Assembly: GCA_025594325.1 (NCBI GenBank)
Contig: JANHCV010000010.1
Location: forward strand, 1,178,001 to 1,242,000
Direction: 5' to 3'
Source: Blastocladiella emersonii ATCC 22665
Taxonomy: Eukaryota > Fungi > Blastocladiomycota
DNA length: 64,000 nt
How positions within the stretch are numbered: position 1 is the stretch's first letter; every line of letters begins with the position of its first letter. Positions 45,141 through 55,919 of the stretch are shown one piece after another. The position numbers were made by a program, and so were the translations under genes. The notes beneath the pieces are model-generated. The model saw only the letters and a program-made list of their open reading frames with translations. It made no database searches and was not told the origin of the DNA.

Positions 45141-46354
45141 ACAACTGCCCGCCAGACGCAGCACTCAGGCTGCCTGCGCAGCTCAACGCGCTTGGCCTAT
45201 TCAACGAGGACTTGACTTTGCCACACTTTGCTCCCAACCTTGGCCATCTGCCGTGCAGTTTGACCATGCTGTACCTCGACCATTGCGCACTCAATGCTGA
45301 GTGCGTCACGCACCTTGCCCGCGGCCTTCCTCCCGCCCTCACATGGTTGACACTCTCCAGTTGCGACTTGGATGATCGTGCTGTTTTTGAACTTTCGCGT
45401 GCCCTACCGCTAAGTCTCACGTACCTTGATTTGAAAGAGAACTCGATTGCTTCGGACGGAGCAATGGCGCTAGGCGAACGACTGCCCCAAGGCTTGGTGA
45501 CCTTGCACCTCAGCAATAATTCCGACATCGGCGTCCATGGCATCCAAGTACTTTGTCAATGCCTCCCTGACTCGGTGGAGGAACTTGATCTCGAATTCTT
45601 GGATGTAAACGAGCTCGCCTTGATTGCCCTGGCCAATCGCGTGCGTCCGTCGCTCAAGCGGCTTCGATTCGGCGGAGCGAATCGCTTTTTCAATGCCCCT
45701 GCCATTGACTTGTCCATGTTGGAAGTCGCTGCGGAACGTCCGGTACCACATGCCTTTCCGGCCCTCAAAGAGTTGGATTTGAACGCATTTCCGTTCGACT
45801 CGAGCTCGAATGTTCAACGGCTTCTTCCCATGTTGGTCGGCCCGTCGATCGAGCGCATTGATATTTCGGCAACTTGCGTCGATGACGATTGTGTCAAGAC
45901 TCTGCTCGAGGTTGCTCCGGCTTCGCTCACCGCGATCCAGTTCTCTGACTGTTCACTGACGGACAAGACGGCCGGGCTTTTCTTTTCTCGTCTGCCACGA
46001 ACAATCTACACGGTCTCTCTCGACCGCAACGACTTTAGCAACGTTGGTTTCATGCTCCTTCTCAACCTTGGGCTTCCGCGCGAGGGATTGCTGAAGTTCA
46101 GGTTCAGGGCTGATGAACTTGGCAGCGCGTTAGTCGAGCTTCATCGGCGCTGCACGAAGGGACATTTCGAAGTCTTTGAGGTTATTTGATCCTGACGATT
46201 GCTTGCAATGTCGATGCAACGCTCTATCATTTCTCGTGTGTACCGTACCTTGCTCCGTTCTTCTTAGCTCAGCTCGCCAATGACGCGTTGCGCCACGAAG
46301 CAATCCAGGCGCGTCATGGGCAAGGTGACAAATACAATGTGTTTCAGTTCCTCG

Positions 46355-47403
46355 TCAAACTGCCGTCCGCCCAATCCCAACCCCCCGCTGATGCTCGAAA
46401 AAGGTGGCCAGCTTGTTGTCAAGTTCCGGGTGCCGCTTGCGCGGCTCCAGGTAGCTGCCGCTGTCGCGCTTGGTCATGACCTTGCTGGTGCCGCTTGTCG
46501 CTGGAGCCGCTGTCGGCTGCATCTCCTTGGCCAGGAACTGGACCAGCTCGGCCTTTTGCGACGCCTGGTCGAGCTGCTGCTGCCACTTGCGGCGGACGTG
46601 GTCGCGGAAGCTCGGATTTTGGGCTACGTACGGAAACCATGGTTAGGCTGCGCTTCCGTGATCTACCGTCGTTAAACGTACCCTTGAGCGTGAGCGCAAT
46701 GTAGAGCAGCGCCGACGCAGTCATGGACATAAACGGGAACTTGGGCCGGACTGTGCCGACGCGGTCGAGTGCGGCCGTGATGGTCTTCTGCATGGTCTTC
46801 TCGAGGAACACGTTGGCCGGCAGCGACGCCAGCGGGACCGGCGCCACGCGTGGCGGGAGCTTCTTGAGCAGCTTCTGGTGCACGAACGGGTCCGGGGTCC
46901 TATGCAATCGACGTGTCAGTACTGGACCAGCATCGGCGCGAACTCGACGACGTACCGCATGAACTCGTGCATCGCCGCCTCGTCCGCCATGGCGTACAGC
47001 TTCCCGCCGTACTGGACCGCACACTCCATGACGCCGTCGACGTGCCCGCGGTCGCGCAGCAGGCGCACGGGGCAGTACCCGAGGAACTCAAACTTTTTCG
47101 GGAATGCCTGCCGCACGAGCTCGGGCGCAATGTGCACGGGCGCGTCATCCGGGTACGCGACGCTCGCGAACCGGTTGGGGTCCGCAACAAACGCCCGCGC
47201 GTGCCCCGCGCTGCATGTCTGGTACACCTTGCCGCGGTACCACACTGCGTGCTCCCACGTCGCGGGGCACACGTCGAACTGGCGCGTCGGCGACGCGAGC
47301 GACACGGGGCAGTACTCGCGCGCAGGGCCGAGCGGCGTCGTCAGCTTGTTGAGCCCCGCGCGGTACACCGGGACGGGCACGCCCGCGACACGGCCGACGA
47401 CGA
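46355..47403 (-). pseudogene. Promoterless duplicate of the AK9-like 3' end (last exons)
   Basis: Reverse complement of 30514-31562. Confidence 0.92.
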
Positions 47404-47404
47404 C

Positions 47405-47473
47405 GTGGTGGCTAGTGAGTGTAGACCTACGAAACGTCCAGGATACACGTGTTTCTGTGCCGTCACAGGATCG
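47405..47473. repeat. Third copy of a 69-bp segment at the duplication junction
   Basis: Direct repeat of 38890-38958 (1 mismatch) and inverted repeat of 33663-33731. Confidence 0.9.
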
Positions 47474-47515
47474 TTAGTCCGCCTGCTGGCTCGCTTGCGC
47501 CACAGTTGTCTCACG

Positions 47516-47541
47516 TCACATGATATCTGAACGCGTCTCAA
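47516..47541. promoter_or_regulatory. Orphan copy of the TCACATGATATC-N4-CGCGTCTCAA motif
   Basis: The same motif lies upstream of LRR-8 (50467-50492) and LRR-9 (52553-52578). Confidence 0.5.
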
Positions 47542-48549
47542 CCTCTCGCGGCCGCGACGCGTTAGTATTCGAAAAATCCGCGCAACTCATTTGCGAATGA
47601 AATCTTAAATAAATTACAACTTTCTTGAAACTCGGGGGACATAGGTCGACCGCTTGCGGAGGGAAAGGGAGCGTTCGATAATTTTACAGCGAGGAACGGT
47701 CGCAGACGGCTGGAACTGGAGCGTGAGCCGGCACTTGACATCAGGTATCGCAGGGGGCTAGAAGCTGCGGTATCCGGGAGCTATACCTTGTTTGATAATC
47801 CGTTGCTGGTCGTCCCTTGTAGGCGTCAATGCAACACTGCAAGACTACGGATGGCCCACCAGCGTGTCATGGATTCGCTTGAGGTCGCTTTTCCACAGAA
47901 ATATACTCGAAAGCGCGGCAAGACGTTTGAAGCTCCTCAATTTCGTTGCGGAGCGAAACGTATTGGGAATACGGCAAAGAATAGCGCCGGATAGCCCCGT
48001 CAGAGGTCAGGTCGGGCTCGCTGTCGCAAATATGAGCAAACTCGATTGAAATTGCATCGAGCTGGCCAGTTTTCTCGTTCGTTCGCGAATATGCAGCGGC
48101 AGTCTCAATGAGGATGAGCCGAAGTTTGGGGACCGAGAACCCCCAAGACGTTTGGGCACTGCGCGCAGTTCACAAGTGTACTGCGACGGCGGCGTGACGC
48201 GTGAACAAGCCAGCGAGCGACTTGCGCCCCGAGGTTCAAGCGAGACTCAAACGAAATTTGAATTCCGCCACGGGTCCAATGCTGTGCAAGTCCTCGCACT
48301 CAAGGCGCTTCAGAGGACTTCATGGGATGCTAAAAAATAACAGCGAGGTGAAACATTCAGGCAGTTCGCCGACCAGCTTTGTCATGTCGTCCAGGATAGC
48401 TCAGTTTCAAGGCAGACGGAACGCTTTCGTGCTGGCAGGCGAGTGATAGTTATTATTTTTTTCTCAATTTGGTGGGGAGAACGTTTGTTCGAAGCGAAGA
48501 AATAACAAAGCCTAAAAATTGTTTTATAGATTAACTAATTGAATGACTA

Positions 48550-50361
48550 CTAAGCGAGGCGAATCGAGTTAGGGTGCTGCTCCATGAACTCGTCATAAGA
48601 ATCCATCATTTCGTCACTTATGTCCTGTTGCGAGAGCTGGATCACCAGACTACCTTTGCGCGCGACAGCCAGGTTCAAGAGATGCTTGTCGCCGACACTT
48701 GAAAAGAAATTGCGAAGGAGACTCAACCCTTTTACAGAGCCAGGTAAGCGTGTCGCGAACATTTCCGCCGACGCATCGCCAAGGTCGCACTGGTCCATGT
48801 AGATGACTCGAAGGCCGGGCAAGGGGATGGCCAGCAACACCTCGACGCACGCGTCGTTGGCGCAGCATTGATTGAGGTTGAGCACGCGGAGGCACGGGCC
48901 AACAACAAGCGGTATCAGTTTCTGAAGAAGTTCGCTGGATCCGGGTCCTCCAAGGAACCCTTCCAGATCGAGCTCCTCAAGCGACGGAAAAGTGTGGATT
49001 GGCGGAGCTGCTCTTTGGCCACTCGCAACGTTGGAATGCGTGCGTGTACCGTCTCCTCGGAACTTGATAACCTTGAGCGCTGGATGCATGCAGGTTGCAA
49101 AATCAAGAAGAGTCAAAGAGTTTGTCTTCAAGTGTCCTATCTCGATTCGTTCCAGTGATGTAGGAAGCTTTTGCAAGAGCGTTTGGTTGCCGCTCATCGT
49201 GATGATCCCGTTCATTTTAAGAACCAGGGCTTTCAAACCAGCGGGAAGTCGTGCGGCGAGTTCCTCGACCCCCAATGTTGTAAGCATGTTGAAGGTCAGG
49301 TCGAGATCCGTGAGGCTTGGGGGTAACCAAGGGGCAAGTTCTGCAACACCAAGGTCGCCAAGATTGCAACTATGTAGACTGAGCGATTCGAGTGAAGTGG
49401 GAAGCTGTCGCGCAAGGTGCGCAGCGCACGCTAAGTCAAGGGGACACCCACTGAGCGAAATGCTGGTCAAGGCGCGGGGAAGGCAGCGGAAAATGACTGA
49501 AGAATGCGGCAACTCCAAATTGCCGAATGAAATGTACAAGGATGAGAGACCCTCCGGCAATGCTAGAGCTGCATTGGGCGGGCAACGAAACGCGATCCGG
49601 TTCGCATTGAGGGTAAGCGTGGAAAGCGAAGGCGGGAATTCGATCGCTTGAAGCCGAGGGAAGTCAAGATCGACCATGTCCAGGGTCAAGGCGGTGACCG
49701 GTCGATTTGGGACGGATAAGGCACGGTTGAGCTGGCGAATGCCAGCCGCAGCGATACGACCGTTTTTAATCTTGATTTCGGATTCGCCATTCAGGACACT
49801 ATCCACAGCTTCCTGGCACTTGATGTCTCCAGCCGCAAGCTTGCCGCCCGTGACACCGTAAAGGGCAAAGTTGCGGTACGCGCGGGCCTCGTTGAGCCGA
49901 CCATCCAGTTCTGCCAGCTCGGCTGCCTCGTCCCAGTTGTCGGAATAACGCGGGGGAACATCAAGGGGAATGGCGACGTTGAGCGGCAAGTAATCGTACT
50001 TGAGTGGCAGGCCAGAGTCGCGCCAGAAATCGAGAACTCTGTACTGGTCGAAGCTTCCATTAACGTTCAAGGCTGCCTCGGTGTACTCCAAGGGAAGGCC
50101 GTGGGCAACCCGGTAACGCAAAAGCTCGACCTGGCCAGCAACACTTGCATCGTCAACCGAAATAGCTAGGACGCGTTCATTTATAGCTTGGAGTACAAGT
50201 GGAGTGAGAGCCCGCGGAGCGACCCGCAGATAAGGTGTAAGCAAGCGGAGATTGAAGCCCGCCTTGTTGCAATCGTGCAGGCGCACGGCCTCGGCGAGGA
50301 TCTGGTCGATGAGCTCCGGTATAGCAAGTTTTGGTTGATGCATAGAGTTGGAACGTTGCAT
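48550..50361 (-). CDS. LRR-8: subfamily C LRR protein, intronless (about 600 aa)
   Basis: MQRSNSMHQPKLAIPELIDQIL..., ankyrin-like ELLRYRVAHGLPLEYTE..VLDFWRDSGLPLKY segment and about 11 LRRs. ORF is intact. Confidence 0.87.
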   Translation of the reverse strand: MQRSNSMHQPKLAIPELIDQILAEAVRLHDCNKAGFNLRLLTPYLRVAPRALTPLVLQAINERVLAISVDDASVAGQVELLRYRVAHGLPLEYTEAALNVNGSFDQYRVLDFWRDSGLPLKYDYLPLNVAIPLDVPPRYSDNWDEAAELAELDGRLNEARAYRNFALYGVTGGKLAAGDIKCQEAVDSVLNGESEIKIKNGRIAAAGIRQLNRALSVPNRPVTALTLDMVDLDFPRLQAIEFPPSLSTLTLNANRIAFRCPPNAALALPEGLSSLYISFGNLELPHSSVIFRCLPRALTSISLSGCPLDLACAAHLARQLPTSLESLSLHSCNLGDLGVAELAPWLPPSLTDLDLTFNMLTTLGVEELAARLPAGLKALVLKMNGIITMSGNQTLLQKLPTSLERIEIGHLKTNSLTLLDFATCMHPALKVIKFRGDGTRTHSNVASGQRAAPPIHTFPSLEELDLEGFLGGPGSSELLQKLIPLVVGPCLRVLNLNQCCANDACVEVLLAIPLPGLRVIYMDQCDLGDASAEMFATRLPGSVKGLSLLRNFFSSVGDKHLLNLAVARKGSLVIQLSQQDISDEMMDSYDEFMEQHPNSIRLA

Positions 50362-50466
50362 GGTGCCATGAAGGCGAGATACATCGACAGCTCGCGTTCG
50401 GCCCGGGCCGAGCTCAACATCCGCGTGAGGCGGTTCGAGGTTAGCCTTCAAGCCATTCACGCTGCA

Positions 50467-50492
50467 TCACATGATATCCAGTCGCGTCTCAA
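50467..50492. promoter_or_regulatory. Upstream motif of LRR-8 (TCACATGATATCCAGTCGCGTCTCAA)
   Basis: About 106 bp upstream of the ATG; conserved at 52553 and 47516. Confidence 0.6.
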
Positions 50493-50614
50493 AAGCCTAC
50501 GGAGACGCAAGGGTCTAATGCAGGCAAAATTAATGTAAAACACCCTATTAAATATATGCACATGAGAAAATCGACAAGCTCGCGTGAGGCAGACGGCTCA
50601 GTGGACGTTGTCCA

Positions 50615-52442
50615 TCACGCAATGTCAAACGCGTCCGGGTACGGGCACTCCTCAAAGAGCTCCACCAGCTCTTCATCTAGATCTTGGTCCTCGACTCTAA
50701 TCGTCAGCGCTCCCTCGCGTGCAACTCCGAGTTCGAGGAGCAGCTTGAACCCGTCCTCGCTAAACTCGATGCCACCGAGGTCGAGATGAGTGACCGTTTC
50801 CGGGAGCCGCGCTAAGAAAAGCTCCGCTGCTTCGTCCGTAAGGTCGCAGTTCAGCAAATTGATGGTCTTGAGCGTCGGCGGGGCAACGTCGAGGAGGGCG
50901 GCGACACAGGCGTCGTCAACACAAGTGTCGCGAAGCTCGAGAGTAGCGAGCCGCGGGCCAACAAGCAAAGGCAGGAGGATTCGAGCGCTGGCGCTGAAAT
51001 CGAACGGATACACGTTCAAATACAGCTCCTCGAGAGCAGGAAACGCGTGTTGTTCTGGCTGCACAGTGACTTCCGTCAGAGAAGACAGATCAACGCGAGG
51101 AGTAACGTATGAACCTCGGCGTTCGCCGCTGAATTGGAGGTACTTGAGCGACGGCCATGGGCGCTTCGCCAACACGAGAAATGCAAGCGCGTTCACGTCC
51201 AAGTCCTCGAGTTCAAGTCGCTCCAACGAGTCGGGGAGGTGCTGGAAGAGGGCTTCGAGACCGCTCGAGTCAAGCTCCTTGTTGTTGCTGAGAACCAGCG
51301 TGGTGAGGCCTCGAGGCAGTCCCTTGCCCAGCTTCGTCATTTCAGCCGAAGTAATCCAGTTTCCTGGCAGCGAGAGCGTCTTGAGGCTCGGTGGAAAGTG
51401 CTGCGAAAGCGTCGCGATATCGTCGTCGTCCACTTGGCACTCTTTCAGGGTAAGCGACTCGAGTCCTGGCGGAAGCCCGCGGGCGAGATGCGCGATTTCG
51501 TCCGTGTGAAGCTCACACGAGTCGAAGGTAAGATACGTCAAGGCGCGAGGAAGTCGCTCCAAGTTGGGCGCAAAGTTGGGCAGTGTCAAATCCTCCTTGA
51601 CGATGCGAAGCGAGGAAAGCGTGTCGGACAGCGCAAGCGTCATGTCGGGCGAGCATCGATCGTCAATACGGTTGTTGACCAGGGTGAGCGACGAGAGTGA
51701 AGGCGCAAGTTTGAGAGCGCAGAGGCAACGAAAGTCGAGATCGACCGTGTCGAGCGTGAGCGTGAGCGAGTCGATAACAAGCCCAGGCTGAGCAAAGACC
51801 TTGTTGAGCTGCTGGATGCCGGCCAATGAGATGCGCTGCTTGGAGATTGCAATCTTGGTCTCGCCGTCCATGAGTTTGGAAAGAACTTGCGCGCAGCGGC
51901 ATCGCCAGCCGCAACCTTGGCCCCTGTCACAACCCCAGCACGAGCATACTCGCGAAACTGACGAGCCTCGTCCAGCTTGCCGTCGTGCTCCGCTTGGTCC
52001 GCCGCTGCACCCCAGTCGTCACGGAAGCTTCCGCTGGGCACGCCGAGCAGGACAGCGGCATACTCTTTTAAGAAACCGTACTTGAGCGGGAGTCCCGAGT
52101 CGCGCCAGAACTCGAGAGCCGCGTAGTGGCGGCGATCATGCGCGCGTTTGAGCGCGGCCTCGGTGTACTTCATGGGCAGGCCGAAGGCGACACGGAGGCG
52201 GAGCAGCTCGACTCGGTTGGCGCCGCTCGCGTCGTCCACGGACACGGCAAGGACGTGTCGCTCAACGACATCGTATGTGCGAGGGATGAGAGCGCGTGGC
52301 GCGACCTGGAGATAAGGAGCAAGAAGTCGGAAGTCGAAGCTCGCGTCGTCGAGATCGTGGAGTGCACGACCTCGACGAGGATCCGGTCGATCAGGGCCGG
52401 TACGGCGAGATTGGGTTGATGCATGGAGTCTAGACGTTGCAT
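50615..52442 (-). pseudogene. LRR-9: subfamily C LRR gene with two 1-nt deletions
   Basis: Comparison with LRR-8 requires frameshifts at about 52364 (VV-LHD) and about 51898 (GD-RCAQ). The LRR region 51871-50615 is still open. Confidence 0.8.
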
Positions 52443-52552
52443 GGTGCCGCGCGGGCTAATACATTGACCAAGTTGTGGAGAGAGAGAGCGCTCAGGGACG
52501 AGCAGGAGGATCTGGTGGCCGAGGGCGTCGTCGGGTGGATTTCCGGCGACCC

Positions 52553-52578
52553 TCACATGATATCTCGTCGCGTCTCAA
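52553..52578. promoter_or_regulatory. Upstream motif of LRR-9 (TCACATGATATCTCGTCGCGTCTCAA)
   Basis: About 111 bp upstream of the ATG; 22/26 identical to 50467-50492. Confidence 0.6.
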
Positions 52579-52701
52579 GAGCGTGGCAAGGGCCAGCCGT
52601 CCCCGTCACCTTCACGGGCAAGCACCAGCGCGGAAAAGCAGCTCAGGAAGGTGCGCGAAAATGGGATCCGATTCATGTACACGTCTACTCCTCCTGCCAA
52701 A

Positions 52702-54506
52702 CTACGCCGACTCGAACTTCTTACCCGCAATCTCTGCCGTGATCTGCGCGCGGTACTCACGTCGCAGCAGCTTCCCCGTCGCGCTCTTGAGGATCGACGG
52801 CACGAACCGGACGCCGCCGCGGAGCTTCTTGAACGGGGCGACATGCTGCGCGACGTACGCCTTGAGCTCGGCCTCAAGCTCCTCGCCGACCTGCACCTCG
52901 GGCTTGACGACGACGAACGCGAGCGGGAGCTCGCCGGCCTCGTCGTCGGGCATACCGATGACGGCGGCGTCGGCGACCTTGGGGTGGGCGAGGAGGAGCG
53001 CCTCGAGCTCGGCGGGCGGGACCTGGAACCCCTTGAACTTGATGAGCTCCTTGATGCGGTCGACGAGCACGAGGTGGCCGTCGTCGTCGACCATGGCCAC
53101 GTCGCCGGTGCGCAGCCAGACGCGGCCGCCCGAGTCGTCGCGCACGACGAGCGTCTCGGCGTTGGCCTCGGGGTGGTCCAGGTACCCGAGCATCACGTTG
53201 GGCCCGTGGATCAGCAGCTCGCCCGTGTGGCGCGGGGACGTCACGGGCTGCTGGGTCTCGGTGTCGAGGAGGAGAGCGTACACGCTCGGCAGGAGCGTGC
53301 CGACGGTGCCGTACTTGGCGGTCGCCGGGTCGGCGACGATCGCGTGCGTCGTGAAGTGCGTCACGGGCGATGCCTCGGACATGCCGAAACCCTGCTTGAT
53401 CGTGGCTATGTAGAGGTCCGGCGAGTGTCAGTCGGCTGCCAAGTGAGGTACATGGGCGGAGGCAGAAAAACCGCACTGTTGATGCGCTTCGCGACCGACG
53501 CCTGGAGCTCCGCGCCGAGCGGCGCCGCGCCGGACGTGATCCAGCGGAGCGACGAGAGGTCGAACTTGTCGACGACGGGGTGCTTGGCGACCGCGACGAG
53601 GATGGGCGGCGCGACGTGCGAGATGGTGACCATGTGGGTCTGGATCATGGTGAGCCATTGGACAAAGTCGAACCGCGGGAGCATGACGACGGCGTTGTGC
53701 AGGTACACGCCGGTGAGCATGAGGACGGTGAGGCCGTAGATGTGGAAGAAGGGGAGGACGGCGTCCATGACGTCGCCGTCGCGGTGCTGCGGTCCGTAGT
53801 CGTGCTGGACGAGCTGCAGCACGTTGATGGCGATGTTGCGGTGCGACAGCTGCACGGCCTTGGACTTGCCCGTGGTGCCCGACGAGAAGCAGATGAAGGC
53901 CACGTCGTGGGGGTCCGTTGCGACGACAGGCGCGCGGCCGCCCGCGACGTAGAGCGCGGCCAGCGGCACGACGCTCTCGTCGTCGTCCTCGTCACCGCCG
54001 TCGAGCGCCACCACGACCGCGCCCGCGATCCCGGCGTGCGCGAGCGCCTGCTTGACGGTCGGGATAAGCGCGCGGACCGTGAAGACGGCCTTAACCTTGG
54101 TGGCCTCGAGGAGCGGCGCCATCTCCTCCTCGGTGTAGAGCGGGTTGACGAGCGCGGCGACGACGCCGAGCGCGGCGGTCGCGAGGGCGACCACGGGGAA
54201 CGCCGTGTTGTTGGGTGCGACGACGGCGACGCGGTCGCCCTTGCGGACGTGCACGCGCGAGTGCGGCGACGCGAGGCCCGCGGCGAGGGCGTGGATGCGG
54301 TCGGCGAGGTCGGCGTAGGTGACGCGGTCCGTGTCGGCGGCGAGGGCGTCGACGAAGGCGGCGGCGGTCGCGGGGCTCGGGTGCGCGGCGATGCGCGCGA
54401 GAAGGAAGCGCGCCAGGTTCGGGTCGGCGGCGAGCTCGCGGTCGTCGACCTGTAGCGCCGGCTTGAGGATGCCCGGGGTCGAGTCGAGGTCGGTGGAAGA
54501 AGTCAT
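52702..54506 (-). CDS. 4-coumarate-CoA ligase/luciferase-like acyl-CoA synthetase (2 exons)
   Basis: FSSGTTGKSK AMP-binding motif, plus QGFGMSE, WLRTGD, DRIKELIKFKG and KSATGKLLRR. Intron 53476-53406. Confidence 0.93.
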
Positions 54507-54714
54507 TGCAAGTACGCGACGGGTGGTGGGCAGCGGTCTGGCCGTGGCGGGGGGCACCCGCCCATCTTATAGGAACGAGGGTACGGTGAGTGATCGGCGT
54601 CGTCCGCGCGAGATGCGGGGTGCGGTGCAGGAGGTGAGCGGCGCGCGCGGTTCCCTGCGCCACGGCGTATGAGGCGGCGGGGCAGGTGACCTCGGCCCCA
54701 CACTGCTCTCCATC

Positions 54715-55677
54715 ATGAATGCATCGGGCACGGCGGCGGCGCGGCTCACGCGGGACTGCTTGCAACGTGCAGCGCGCGCAGCGCCACATGGGGCCAGCGC
54801 GATGGTCGCCGGCTACGCGGGTCGCCGGGTGCGGATGCTGACGACGACGAGCGGGAGCGGGACCGGCTCCGCCTTGGCCTTCGAGTACCCGCTGCTCGCG
54901 CACCCGACGATCCCCGCGCGGTACCACCGCCAAGTCGGCCTCGTGCGCGACGTGATCACGGCCGAGGAGGAGCAGTTCCTGGCGGGCCTGTGCCAGCGCA
55001 AGCAGAAGCGGGCGGCGTTCCAGTCGGCGCACTTTGACAAGGTGATCTCCGGGTACCGCGAGATGAGCGCGAGCCACTGGCGCGTCGGGATCCCGGCCGC
55101 CGTTGCCGAGGCCAACGAGCAGCGCGCGCGGGGGATCCTGGCCCGGTGCTACGCGCTGCTGGACGCGGAGCGCGAGCGCGCGTTTCGGGAAGAGGGGCAG
55201 CCGAAGCCCGCGCCGTGGCTCGCTGAGCATATTCTCGAGCTCGACGCGAACGGCACGATTGGCGCGCACGTCGACCATCTCACGGTACGTACGCCCTCTC
55301 TTGACTGCTGAGGCGGGGCGACTGACGCGATCGAGTAGGCATCGGGCACCATGGTCGCGGCGCTCAGCCTGCTGTCGGCGACGCCCGTCGTGTTCCAGCA
55401 CACGAGCGAGCCAGAGTGGACCTTCTCGGTCGTGGCCGAGCCGCGCTCGCTGTACTTCCAGCGGTACCCGTCGTCCCCTTACACCTCTCACTCTCTCCGG
55501 CAACTCATCCCCTCCCCGTGTAGCGACGAGCTCCGGTACGACTTTACGCACGCGGTGCCCAAGCCGGCGGGCGCGCACCGCATCTCCATCATGTTCCGCG
55601 ACCGGTACACGGTGCCGCACCCGGCCGTCGCGGGGCGCGCGGACGGGGTGTCCAAGGTCAAGGCCATGATCGGATGA
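54715..55677 (+). CDS. ALKBH7: AlkB-family 2OG-Fe(II) dioxygenase, ALKBH7-like (3 exons)
   Basis: HFDKVISGYRE, HILEL..IGAHVD (HxD), RSLYFQRDELRYDFTHAV and RISIMFR. Introns 55285-55338 and 55464-55523. Arg-rich N-terminus, possibly a mitochondrial targeting sequence. Confidence 0.8.
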
Positions 55678-55919
55678 TATATACGCTTGAGTGGAGCTCG
55701 CATTGCAGAGTTGGGAGGGGTGATGTCACGCGAGCGCGCGTCGATCATCTCCTCAGAGATTTCACGCGGATCACGCGTCGCGCTGCTCACGCGGTCCGCC
55801 CGCGGGTTTCTCGGCTTCGTTCTTCGCGGCGAGGCACTCAAAACCGACTGGCAGCAACGAGGCGCCGTTCCGCTCTCCCGCACTCTCCTGCATCCTGCAC
55901 AGGGACCCACTTTGTAACC

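Larger units (their letters stand above)
39097..46189 (+). pseudogene. LRR-7: duplicate of LRR-6 disrupted by the Ty3/Gypsy insertion
   Basis: Identical to LRR-6 up to RIAYN (39849). Resumes ...NCPPDAALRL after 45140. Confidence 0.95.
38492..47403. repeat. Right arm of the inverted duplication (contains the LTR retrotransposon)
   Basis: Coordinate sums are constant on each side of the insertion (72621 before it, 77917 after it). Breakpoints are 34129/38492 and 30514/47403. Confidence 0.95.

Noticed and set aside
47405-47416. Helitron 3' end (CTAG|T)
   Set aside because: The same CTAG and downstream flank occur in all three copies, and there is no convincing terminal hairpin or Rep/Hel gene.
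7197-52442. Calling the LRR genes NLRs (NLRC3-like)
   Set aside because: No P-loop NACHT or NB-ARC domain exists in any copy; the similarity is limited to RNI-type LRRs.
52702-52720. PTS1 on the 4CL-like ligase
   Set aside because: It ends in ESA, and no readthrough-derived SKL-like signal is evident.
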